DNA of 64,000 nt from Octopus sinensis (lineage: Eukaryota): positions 56,172,001 through 56,236,000 of the forward strand of contig NC_042999.1 of assembly GCF_006345805.1 (NCBI RefSeq), written 5' to 3'. Positions 39,120 through 52,000 of the stretch are shown piece after piece. The notes under the pieces were generated by a model. That model was given only the letters and a program-made list of their open reading frames with translations. It did no database searches and was not told where the DNA came from. Made by a program: the position numbers and the translations under genes. Positions within the stretch are counted from its first letter, which is position 1; each line of letters starts with the position of its first letter.

Positions 39120-42100
39120 ATGAGGGAATTTAAACCTAAGCTATAAATGATTTTATCATCCAATTTATAAAAATAAAGAAACATTATATTCATCTCAATT
39201 CAATTGACATGGCAATCCATGAAGACACCCACCCCTGAATTGAGAGGCTTGCTAGTAACACCTTGTTCCTTTATATACATCAGCTGCAACTTTTAACAGT
39301 GATAGAGATATGAAGTTCATCTGGACTAAAAAAGCCACTAATATTTACCATAAGTACAGTGTCAACACAATCCCCAACACTGATGAAAAAAAAAGAACAG
39401 AGTTCAGAATTTGCTTCAAGTGTAAAGTGCTTAAAATTCTCTGAGGTAATATGTGCTGCTCTGGAACTAAGAAACCAAGCTCACTTCCACAATAGAGCTC
39501 CAGCCACCTACTTTTGGGAGCTAGTCTATGTTGAAAAAGAGATGGTATCTCCACCAAAGAGGAAGAAGCATGAATAGAAGAAAGGAAATAGAGAAAAGCT
39601 AACAGATAGCATTTATGTAAATCCAAGCCTTAAATTATTTAGGCCATACACACTGTTCAAGGGATTTCAAAACATGTTTAACATTCTCCAAACTTTAGAG
39701 TTTCATAAAAATGAAGTCATCAAAAATTGCCAAAATAACGAGAATCTAAATGAGGGACTAACCATATGAATGTATGCTTAGTATCTTAGAAAGAAAAGTG
39801 AGCTGAAAAGCAAGATAAGGAATTGGGTCTCCAAAGGAACATCATGATGGAGGAGAAAGTAAATAAAAGCTATGTAGAAATACCTAAATTAATCTTGAAA
39901 AGTTTTCTAAAATAACTACTAAATAAGTATTTAAAATATTTTCTTGATAATTACAATGATGACCAGGAAATTAAAATTATTGGTTTCAAATTTTGGCACA
40001 GGGCCAACAATTTTGAGTGAGTAAGTCAATTACATCGACCCTGAAAGAATTAAAGGCGAAGTTGACCTCAGCAGAATTTGAACTTGGAACATAAAGATGG
40101 ACAAAATGCTACTAAACATTTTATGAAACATGCTAACAATTCAGCTAGTTCACTGTCTTAAAAGAAATTCAAATTATAAATTTCAAAGTTTGATACAAGG
40201 CCAGCAATTTCGTGGGAGGGAGGGAGTCAATTACATCGACCCCAGTGCTCAACTAGTACTAATTTTATCAGCTCTGAAAAGATGAAAGGCAAAGTTGATT
40301 TCAATGGAATTTGAACTCAAAAACATAAAGGCAGACGAAATGCCACTAATAATTTTGAGAAATTAAAATTATTAACAATTAATTTTATCACTGGGAAATT
40401 GGCATAACTATCTGAGGTCCAACCCATGCCAGTATGGAAAGTAGATGTTAAATGATGATGATGATGATCCAAAACCATTTTATTTTATAAGAAATATTAG
40501 AGACATGATTTGGTTTGTCTTTTTAATCAAATACATTTATTTTTACATATACCATTGAAAAATGTATGCTCTTTACACTCTTGGGTTATATAAACTCTAG
40601 AAATGTATAGTCACAAATATGAAGTGAGGATAGTTATCTTTAAAGCCAGGAAACAAAATACTGTCTTAAGACAAGATATTATTGTGCATTGAATCTAGAA
40701 TTCAAGAACTAAAAGCAAGACACACAAACATAATTTCTTGACAGTAGCAGCAACCTTCAAGGAAAAACCAAAAATAATCAGATATTAATTTTATTTGACA
40801 TGAAATTATTGCTTTTAGCTCCCCATTTATCAACCACAGCCTAAAGTGATTCAAGGTCACACCAGATTGTTGTCTACAGAAATGTTAAGACAATAAACCC
40901 ATTGAAGAGTACAATAAGACACCAGATAACAATGCAACAGATTTAGAACTGGAAATCAGCCTATCTTGACAAACATTTACAAATAAAACACCTTCCAAAA
41001 AATAATTTAAGATAATATGTTACTGTTATTTAGTTTCAAGTCAACCCAGATCAATCAAACCTATGATCAATGCAGTCCAACCATGACCATCCTGTCTTTT
41101 TCATGTATTCAGAAAAAAAAACAGGATTACATAATCCAACATCTCAAACCATCTATCACTCTCTTCTCACAATCCAACCCACACCCATCCCCAATTCTTT
41201 GTCCATGTTTTATCATATACTTACCTTCTTGTATCTTGTGAGTATGTTTTGACACCTCATCACCACCATCATTGTCTTCTTTCCAGCTACTCTCACCCAC
41301 CCATATATAATGCCAGGTAGCTAAGTATTTCCTTTTCAGAAAAATACCAGTGCCGGTCCTATCATACTTTAGCTTCTAAACACCTGGTATAAACCACCTC
41401 CCACTCTGTTACAACTCCACTCAGTTGAGAGAGTCTCTTTTTGTCTTGCAAGTTATTTTGGCTACCTCACTGCTGCAGATGTTACAAAAAAAGCACCCAG
41501 TACACTCTGTAAAGTGGTTGGCATTAGGAAGGGCATCCAACTATATACCAAGACAGACATTGGAGCTCGATACAGTCCTCCAGCTCATTGTCCAACTCAT
41601 ACCAGCATGGAAGAAATACATTAACTGATGATGATGATGATGATGATGATGATAATTACACACACATACAAAATCAAGATTCACAGTTTCACAACCACCT
41701 CTATCCCTTGTAGCTAATTTAACTCATGACCCATGCCAGCTTCTGTTAAGCCCAACATTCAAAGATCAAGCTTCACCACCTCATCCCTCATCTCCATGAA
41801 GCCCAAATTTGAAGATCATGCTCCCAGCAATGGCCACAATGTATATGTATGCATACATACACATGCACACATACATATGTAAAAATAATGGAGTCTTCTG
41901 ATTGGGCAAAATTACCAAAAAGTTCAACCTTTAAAGGCTTGTAGCTTTTATATTACTAATTTCTCAAAAGATGGATGTGATTTTTGTAAGTAGTATGTAA
42001 AACAATATCAGCATAGAAAATTTCAAAAGAATTAGTTACAACGATTTAAACAGAATAGGTCCTATTTCTTTTATATCCAGAAATCTGGTAATTGCTAATC

Positions 42101-42536
42101 TTGTATCAATGTCTGTTCTTATTTGACTATTGGTGATAGATGTATTCATGATGAAAAGAAACCGAAAGTAATGGAGGTTTTATATCTTAGTCATTTTTAT
42201 TTGATTTGTTACTTATTTTATTCACAATTAGATTCTCTTGCCACATTTTCTAACAAATTTTTTGTCTAAAAATTTTTCTTGACTTAGTTACTTAGACTTT
42301 TGATAACATAAGTTTTAAACATTCTTTTCACTATTTTATAGCACTCAATAGCTTTCTCTTAAAATTTTAGTGTTTTTTTTACTTTTGCATGTTTGTTTTT
42401 TTTTGTTTTTGGTGCACTTTATATAAATATAAAGCTTCATGGATTTTGTTGTATCAGGTGAGGTCCTTCTGTCAATAATAAACATATGCACCTAACTCAG
42501 AACTAATCAAGTAATTAATATAGGAAATGTCATATC

Positions 42537-42656
<120 letters not shown>

Positions 42657-43382
42657 TGCATGCTGATGAAGTCACTAAAGTTGTAATGTCTATGTTGCAT
42701 ATGGGAGATGCATGGACACAAAAGATTAGGCAGGTATCATCAATGCAATCTTTATACACAATATGTCTAAAAAAAGATATTTGCTGGATCAGGATTCATC
42801 TGGGGTTAAACAACACATTCTACACAATCACCTCCCAGTTCTTTAACATAAATATTCTACACCACTAAATAGTATATATATCATTCAATAAAAATATAAC
42901 AATAGAGATCTGAATTTAAATATTACAGCATTAAAACTGACATGACAGGAAGCATAGTAAAGTGTATCGGTAATTTATCCAATTTCCTATCTCTCACTTC
43001 CCTAGAAGACAATTTCAGCTGAATATTGAAAACTATAAAAAGAAAAGCCTAGACTTAACATATAGACTCTGAGAAGACAGATGAAACATTGACATATACA
43101 GGATTTTATATTAAATCCATTCAAATCCCCTATACCTGTTTGATCCTTTCACATCATTAATAAACTCACACTTTAATTACTCCCAAAAGAAAAGAACCTT
43201 CGCACACAAAAGTATAAACACATTCTCTCCTTCTCCCTTTCACTGTCTCACTTAACCTGAAGAGAAATCTCCCTTCCCAAACTTCCACATGGTCACATGG
43301 GCTGATAAAAGATGGGCACTTTTTCATATCAACAAACAGGAGAATTTTAATTTATGAAGAGAAAATGAAATAGCAAATATTT

Positions 43383-44157
43383 GGATCTTTTCCTTTTGAA
43401 CGGCAGATGTCAACACAATTTCTAGTTAACTAAACACTTTTAAACTTCATATACTGGTATAATGTGTTTATAAAACATCATTTTCTCTTGGTTTTATTGA
43501 GAAAATTCTATAGTTTGTAAGATATTTCGTCTGAAAATCCGAGCATTTCAGCAATTTTAACCAATCGATTACCTCCATTTAGGTAAACAACATTTGCTGC
43601 GTCTAAAACCGAGACAACATCCTGTAACTAACCCTAATCCTAACTCTAAATTTTTTTTTCTTAATTGTTAAATTAATTTAATTGCTACGCGTGTAAAAAA
43701 AACTAAAGCAATGGAAAATAATTTAAACAATTAACATACAAAATAATTCTATAATTTTATACACATGCTTTCCGTATATGTACGGAAAGCATGTGTATAA
43801 AATTATAGAATTATTGTGTATGTTAATTGTTTAAATTATTTTCCATTGCTTTAGTTTTTTTTACACGCGTAGCAATTAAATTAATTTAACAATTAAGAAA
43901 AAAAAATTTAGAGTTAGGATTAGGGTTAGTTACAGGATGTTGTCTCAGTTTTAGACGCAGCAAATGATTTTAGCTCAAAAGAGAGCATAGGATTGGATAA
44001 AATTCGAAAAATTAAACCACGTTAAACAAACAAATTACAATTTTCTCAAGAAAGCCAAGAGAAAAAAATGTTTTATTTTAATACATTCTACCAGTATATG
44101 AAGTTTTAAAGTGTTTAGTTTACTAGAAATTGTCTGCCGTTCAAAAGGAAAAGATCC
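43383..44157. mobile_element. Foldback MITE (775 bp), termini GGATCTTTTCC...GGAAAAGATCC, 8-bp TSD aaatattt; Merlin-like
   Basis: TSD at 43375-43382 and 44158-44165; palindromic about a 4-nt loop at 43777-43780; empty site at 44944-44951. Superfamily call rests only on GG termini plus an 8-bp TSD. Confidence 0.85.
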
Positions 44158-44559
44158 AAATATTTAGATACACAACCAGTGAAATTTTTTCTATTGAATA
44201 TTTCAAATTGATTGGCTGAATTGTCTCCCTTTCTCTATCTCTCTTAACCTGAAGAGAAATCTCCCTTCCCAAACTTCCACATGGTCACATGGGCTGATAA
44301 AAGATGGGCACTTCTTCATATTGTAGTGGATGTGTGGATGTATTAATAAATACATAAGTTGTTTTGTAATAAATTAGAGATTTATTTTCACTACATCAAT
44401 TTGTAAGCAATGCTACACATTGCTTGTACAAAAATGCATATTAAATAATGCTTGCAAAGAATAAATATTAAAGAAATGCATAATACATGATACATATTAA
44501 AGAAGAATATGTTTGATGGTGTGTGAGTAAATCATGCAGGACAGTCACCTTTATGAATA

Positions 44560-44880
44560 TTCTCTCGTCGTCTCCTGAAATGCGTGACGTTCATTTAGGT
44601 GTCGGTTCTGGTTCTCTCTAGATACCGATTTTTCTGTTCTATTTATAAAATCTCAAATAGCCAGAAAAATAGATATATCGCAAGAGAGTTATCGTTAAAG
44701 TAGGTCACTGGTCGTTCAGTTAAACTTCGCCTGACCTGGCTCAGGTCAGAGGTCGAAGGGAGACGATCCATCACTTTTTGTCAGAACAAAGAAATTCTGA
44801 TTTCGCGCCTTTTTATGCATTGGTATTTGCCGACCAATGATTCTTGGGTTTGATTTCGAATCCAAGCTTAGAGAAGGAAG
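44560..44880. promoter_or_regulatory. Orphan CpG-rich regulatory-like element with opposed CCAAT boxes, TGACGT and nuclear-receptor half-sites
   Basis: TGACGT 44585-44590; AGGTCA 44702-44707; TGACCT 44732-44737; AGGTCA-g-AGGTCG 44743-44755; ATTGG 44819-44823; CCAAT 44834-44838. Confidence 0.4.
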
Positions 44881-45444
44881 TGCTAATTCTTACAATATCA
44901 ACAAACAGGAGAATTTTAATTTATGAAGAGAAAATGAAATAGCAAATATTTTGATACACAACCAGTGAAATTTTTCTATTGAATATTTCAAATCGATTGG
45001 CTGAATTGTCAGAGCATTGGACAAATGCTTTGTGGTAATGGTTCCAGGTCTTTATGTTTTGTGTTCACATCCTGCTGGGATCAATTTTACCTTTCATTTT
45101 CCTAATTTGCCATGGGAAAATATGTTGGTTTATAATAGTAATTTCTTTCAACAAATATTTTGCTACACAACAATAGGTATTCATCTGCAGGATAGGAATC
45201 TTCAATGAGTTTCAAATTTTCATCACAGCTCAAACAAGGCCAAAAGTAGTAATTTATTTGCTGTTAATCATGGATTTTTTTATTAACATTTTTATATACT
45301 TGGACAGTTAATAGCCATGCTTTTCTCCTGTTAACCATACATGTAATCACAAAATATTTCATAAATCCAACTGAAATAATGGAAACATCATCCTATGTAC
45401 TTTACAATATCTATTTGGCTCTACTGTTCAGGTTGCTTCTCATC

Positions 45445-47100
45445 ATCATCATCATCATCATCATCATTTAACGTCCGCTTTCCATGCTAGCATGGGTTGG
45501 ATGGTTTGACTGAGGGCTGGGAAACCAAATGGCTACACCAGGCTCCAGTCTTGATCTGGCAGAGTTTCTACAGCTGGATGCCCTTCCTAATGCCAACCAC
45601 TCCGAGAGTGTAGTGGGTGCTTTTATATGCCACCGGCATGGGGGCCAGTCAGGCAGTGCTGGCAACGACCTCGCTTGAATCTTTTTACACATACCAACGG
45701 CACAGGTGCCAGTAAGGTGATGCTGGTAACGATCCCGCTCGAATGGTGCCTCTTACAGAAGCCAGTTAGCCACTCTGACAATGATCACGCTCTGATGGTG
45801 CTCTTAGTACCCTACTAGCATGGGGCACAAGTGCCAGTAAGGCGAAGCTGGTAACGATCACACTTGAATGGTGCCTTTTATGTGCTACTGGCACAAAAGC
45901 TGGTTGGCCGCTCTGTCAATGATCACACTCGTATGGTGCTCATGCCCGTCATCGAATTTCACTTAGATTTTGATTTTGATTTCGATTTCACTTGCCTCAA
46001 CAGGTCTTCGCAAGCAGAGTTTAGTGTCCAAAGAAGGAAAATGTATGCACAAGTGGGCTGCCCCTGGCATAGGCCACGAGGTTATGGTCTCATTTGGCTT
46101 GCCGGGTCTTCTCAAGCATAGCATATTTCCAAAGGTCTCGGTCACTAGTCATTTCCTTGGTGAGGCCTAAAGTTCGAAGGTTATGCTTCACCACTTCATC
46201 CTAGGTCTTCCTGGTTCTACCTCTTCCACAGGTTCCCTCAACTGCTAGGGATTGGCACTTTTTCACACAGCTATTCTCATCCATTCTTGCTGCATGTCCA
46301 TACCAGCGCAGTCATCTCTCTTGCACACCACATCTGATGCTTCTTAGGTTCAACTTTTCTCTCAAGGTACTTACGCTCCGTCGAGTATGCACACATCCAT
46401 CGGATCATACTGGCTTCATTCCTTGTGAGCTTACGCATGACCTCATCAGTCACAGCCCATGTTTCTCTGCCATGTAGCATGGCTGTTTGTACACATGTGT
46501 CATACAGTCTACCTTTTACTCTGAGTGAGAGGCCCTTTGTCACCAGCAGAGGTAAGAGCTCTCTGAACTTTGCCCAAGCTATTCTTATTCTAGCACCTAC
46601 ACTTTCAGAGCACCCTCCCCACTACTGACTTGGTTACCCAGGTAACGGAAGCTATCAACTACTTCTAGTTTTTCTCCCTGGAATGTGGCGGAAGTTGTTC
46701 TCTGCACATTTTCAGTGTTTATTGCTCCCGAGCATCTGCCACATATGAAAACTATCTTCCCAGTTAGCCTCCCTTTGATATTACTGCACCTCTTATGTGT
46801 CCATAGCTTACACTGGGGACATCTTATAGAGTTTCTAACTACACCTCTACTACAGATCGAGCAGAGCCATCTACCTGAAGGGATTTGTGGTTTGCCTGCC
46901 TTACTACTTATTAGGGACTTTGGTTTTAGCTAGGTTGACTCTAAGGCCCTTCGATTCTAATCCTTGTTTCCACACTTGAAACCTCCTCTAGTTCTGATAG
47001 TGACTCAGCAATTAGAGCAAGGTCATCAGCATCCTGTCTTGAATTCCTCCGTTATTGCCTGGAGCACTATGATAAATAGGAGGGGGCTGAGGACTGAACC
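45445..47100 (-). mobile_element. 5'-truncated RTE-clade LINE with long 3' UTR and (gat)n tail
   Basis: Minus-strand QGSVLSPLLFIIVLQAITEEFKTG and ADDLALIAES pieces; ORF 46277-46543 (RLYDTCVQTAMLHGRETW); tail ...catggaaagcggacgttaaatgatgatg at about 45445-45490. Confidence 0.9.
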
Positions 47101-47227
47101 TTCTATTAATGAATATTTTTGTTGAACCTTGGTAGAGGCTGAGGACTGAACTTTCTATTAATGAATATTTTTGTTGAACCTTGGTGGAGGCTGAGGACTG
47201 AACCTTCTATTAATGAATATTTTTGTT
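47085..47227. repeat. 52-bp tandem repeat, 2.7 copies, at the 5' junction of the RTE LINE
   Basis: ggctgaggactgaa starts at 47085, 47137 and 47189. Confidence 0.92.
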
Positions 47228-48144
47228 CCTTAATAGTTTCATTTACAAAGAGAAAATTAAAGGAGATTCTGAGAATGAAAGAGTGCCAAAAGGTAACCAT
47301 GAGATGTTTAACAGCATCTAAAGCTGATTTTGGATAAGATTCTCTCCTGAGTAACATTCAAAATAATGTCTCCTCCCATCTCCATCTGTTCAGATCTGTT
47401 TGTAATTATTGTTCCACATTTGGTTAATGGTGCCATTTTCTTCATGCTTGAACTAATAACTTTCGCTTTATATATACCACAGTACATCCTGAAGATGCCA
47501 GTATCCGAGTTGCAGACATTGAGCCAGTAGTAATTAATCACAATTCAATGACAATAGCAACATCAGCTACAGAAAAAGCAAGAAACCAGTACTCATCATC
47601 AAGTGCTAGAATGTTTGGATGATGACAAACATATGAAAAGAACCTTCAAGCCATCCATGACATTCACAACAAGCACACACACATGCACATACACACCAAA
47701 CACACACACACACATGAATAATTCTCATCTAGTATTGCAAATCCTCCAAAACCATCAAGGTAATGGAAAACATTTCCATGCATCACACAGTCTTCAATCT
47801 TTCATACATTCCAAAAGGCAGCTGGTCCCTTGCCAAAAGGCTCCCAATCAATGTCATATAATTTTCTTTTCTTCCACCTGTCAGCCATGGTGACTCAGTA
47901 AGACATACTCATGTGGAAAAAGCCTCTATATTTGCCATTTGATTCACACTGAGGTCAAGCCCGTCGCCAGACTTTGGTGCTTGAGGGTGCTTCAGAATGT
48001 TCTGGTTGGGTACTAATTTGTAATAATGCTAAAGTAGTGTTTCCAAAATAAGTATATCAGTGTAAATTAGAGCGTGTACCATTTAATAGTGAGGGGGCAT
48101 TACTCACACAACACACTGCTAAGCTAGTCCCTATCCGCACCAAA

Positions 48145-48145
<1 letters not shown>

Positions 48146-48204
<59 letters not shown>

Positions 48205-48560
48205 CACACAGATATATCTTAATCATTAGAAACAAGCTACATTGAATCCCATTCCCAAGAATGACAACCTTCTGCTCCTGCAGATGATAGTTTATGAATT
48301 TGTTTTGCAAGATTCCTGATATGAAATGTGTGTTGAAACAGATATTGTTATATTTCGGGTTGGTCATTTTTTTGTTTTTTCAAACCAAATAAACACATGG
48401 ACTCGTTCTTCATTCATTTATTATTGTTCTTATTTTATCTTACATCCACTGTCTGGAAATCTTTCATCACACATCTGTGACCTCTTTGGCGACTCTTCCA
48501 TCCAACATGTATCCCTCTGTTCCATTTAGTCCATTCTGTCTTTCTATGATGTGTATCGCA

Positions 48561-48631
<71 letters not shown>

Positions 48632-48988
48632 CACACAGATATATCTTAATCATTAGAAACAAGCTACATTGAATCCCATTCCCAAGAATGACAACCTTCT
48701 GCTCCTGCAGATGATAGTTTATGAATTTGTTTTGCAAGATTCCTGATATGAAATTGTGTGTTGAAACAGATATTGTTATATTTCGGGTTGGTCATTTTTT
48801 TGTTTTTTCAAACCAAATAAACACATGGACTCGTTCTTCATTCATTTATTATTGTTCTTATTTTATCTTACATCCACTGTCTGGAAATCTTTCATCACAC
48901 ATCTGTGACCTCTTTGGCGACTCTTCCATCCAACATGTATCCCTCTGTTCCATTTAGTCCATTCTGTCTTTCTATGATGTGTATCGCA

Positions 48989-49037
<49 letters not shown>
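48146..49037. repeat. Near-identical tandem duplication, period 427 bp, bounded by three (CT)n tracts
   Basis: attgaatccc at 48241 and 48668; the unique parts appear to differ by only one inserted base (aaatgtg versus aaattgtg). Confidence 0.93.
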
Positions 49038-49053
<16 letters not shown>

Positions 49054-52000
49054 GGTAAGAATACACATTATAGAAAAACAGAATGGACAAAACAGAATAG
49101 GAGAATACACGTGGGATGGAAGAGTTCTTGAAGAGGTCACTAGAAAAAACATGACCATACCAAAATATAATAATACCATTCGATTATACTTCCAATATTT
49201 CAAAGGTGACAGAAACAGCCATAAACAGCCTTCTTCATCAACCTCAAATCTCTCTCCTCCTAAAGAGTTAACAAGACGACTTCTGTCAAGCTAAAGAGGT
49301 CATTCAAATGAAAAAAAAATAACATAACAGAGAAGTTACGCAAAAATTCAACAGTTCAATTTTTTGGCTAATGTTTACTTTAGCACCCGGCCGCCAAAAC
49401 AAATAAAACAAATGTAATAGATGTAAAAAAACATGTATTAAACAATTATGAAAACAAAAATTTGCACCAATAAACCGGGGGTGGGGAGATGACTTTCAGA
49501 AAATTCACCCAATCTGATTTTTTCCCTTGTAACTTTTAGGAAAAAGGATATCTTTTAATGAAATCTTATATAAATACCTTTCAAATGGCATAGATTACGA
49601 TTATAAAGAAACTTGTGGGAGAAAGTTTTTTTCTGAGGGGTTGGAGAGAGGACTTTTGGAGAATTCACATGATTCGATTTTTTCCCTCACAACCTTTAGG
49701 AAAATGGATATCTTTTAATGAAAAAGTTTCCTTAAATTTGTGGGGAAAATTTTTTCCAAGGGGGTGGGGAGAGGACTTTCAAAGAGAAAGAAATTCATAA
49801 ATTTTTTTTTGCTTGAGTGTAATGGTAAAAAGTTTGGAAAAAATTGGTGGGACTGACCCAAAATGGGACTTCATCATGTGTATCTGCGTGCATACATGTG
49901 CATGTGGGGTGGGGGCAGGGAAATGGAATGCACAAGAAAAACATTTGCGGAAATAAACTCGTGCAATGTTACACCTCTGAATTTCTTTTTAATTGTGATA
50001 ATGAATCATGGGGTTTAGTCTACCAAAATTAATTTCCCTTGCATTTTCTCTTTTCCAATATTAAATTAAAAGAGAGAATATGTTGTTACCAATGACGTTA
50101 AAACTTTAGTAACTTGATCAATCTGTCATTGAACCAGGATTTTAATTTCATTTGATACACACTTTGCTATCATTTGTATGGAGAATTGCAAGTGTGGCAT
50201 ATAAAGACAACTTATTCTAATAGAAATTTAATGAGTACATTTCCATAAATGTTTTTCTTGCGCACCACCACCACCCCACACACACACATATGTACGCGGA
50301 TATACATAGATTAAGTCGCATTTGGAAGTATGTTAAAGTTTTTTTATTATTTTGGAATGAAGAACATAAACATAGGTGCTGAGTCAGTGACTAAACTTGT
50401 AGTATTTTGTTGGGATTAATCCAATGAATTGACAGCAAAATAATTGCTTCTATCACAATCATTTACCTTTAAAGCGCAAAAACAAAACCGAAGTATACGA
50501 CAGGTATGTAAAATATATTTTGTGTACTTCTTTCTTTGTTCATTCAGATAAGCCGTAGAAATTTGATATGTGCACGTGCATGCACAAGTACAAAAATTCT
50601 CCAGACATTTAGCTGTTATCTTTGGCATATCGAGTTTTGTGGTGAGGGCTTCACATACGGTGGTCCTTTTGCTGTTTCACTATAAACCTACACATGTGGA
50701 AACAGACTAAACAGCCGTTCATTTTCACTTTTAGACAGCAGGATGGGGTGTGGATCAATTTTGGAGTTTTTTATAAAAAATTTGAAATTAAAATTTGTGT
50801 TTTTGGTTAATGTTGACATTATTACCCAGAAACGAAATCGAAAAAAAAATATAGTGCAACGGGTGTAAAAAAAGGTGTAGAAAACAAATCTGAAAACAAA
50901 AATGTGCAGAGAACAATAGGAGTGGGGAGAGGTCTTCGGAAAATTCACAAGATCCGATGTTTTTCCCTCATAACATTTAGGAAAATGGGTTTTTTCAATG
51001 AAATTTAATATAAATACCTTTCAAATGGTATAGATTACGATTATAGAGAAATTTGTGGGGAAAATCTTTTCTGATGGGGTGGAGAGAGGCCTTCGGAAAA
51101 CTCACAAGATCCGATGTTTTTTCCTTGTAACTTTGAGGAAAATGGATATCTTTCTACTTCACACCTACATAGGAAACGAACCTGAAAACAAAAATATGTG
51201 GAAAGCAATGAGGGGGGAGGGTGAGTACTTCGGAAAATTCACAAGATTCACAAGATCTGAGTTTTTCGCTCATAACTTTGAGGAAAATGGATATCTGTAA
51301 ATGAGATTGTATATAAATACCTTTTAAACAGCATGAATTACAGATGCTTAATGTGCCACAAACCCCTTATTTTTCTTTGGAAAGTGGGGTGGGGGACCGG
51401 AATTATTGGAAAACGTTTTTCTTTATTCAATGAATGAATTATGGTGACCTAATATGCTACAAAACACTTTTTTGTCTGGAAAACGGGGGCTGTTTCTTTC
51501 TTTAAAATTTCATTAAATTTTTACAAATGCACCTTTATAAAAATTAGTGGTAATGAAGTCTGGACAAGAGAGAGAAAGAATGATACAAAATCATTATAAA
51601 AACCATGTTAATGCTTGTGTGTGTGTGAAACAAAGTATTATATTTATAAATATCTTTTACATACCTCTTAAAAATCACTGGCTTTCAAATGGTATCCAAT
51701 GCTTTCACTTTCCATTAGCAATTTTTCGTGCCAAAACTTTAATCGGTAAACCAATACGATTCAATTTAGTGTGGAGAGAGGGAGAGAGAGAGACAGATCT
51801 TTCATGTAATATACTTTGTGTAGCTAAAACTTCCAATGGCATAGCAATGTCATGGGTCAAATGGAGCGAGTGAGTGATTTCATATATGTATGTGTGTGTG
51901 TATTATATATATATATATATATATAGTAGAAGTAAAGACCCAAACCCTTCAAAGGAATTTTAGCATCCAAGTTCCTGAGGAAAAGCCTAATTTGTGATTT

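Noticed and set aside
47085-47227. Three direct repeats resembling a CRISPR array
   Set aside because: The units are contiguous and near-identical with no unique spacers, contain LINE RT sequence, and the context is eukaryotic with no cas genes.
48895-49294. Divergent paralogous genes (IHIIERQNG...DGRVAKEVT versus IHIIEKQNG...DGRVLEEVT)
   Set aside because: Most of the 16 differences in 80 nt change amino acids, one copy stops immediately, and both frames pass through a microsatellite; better explained as a DNA inverted repeat.
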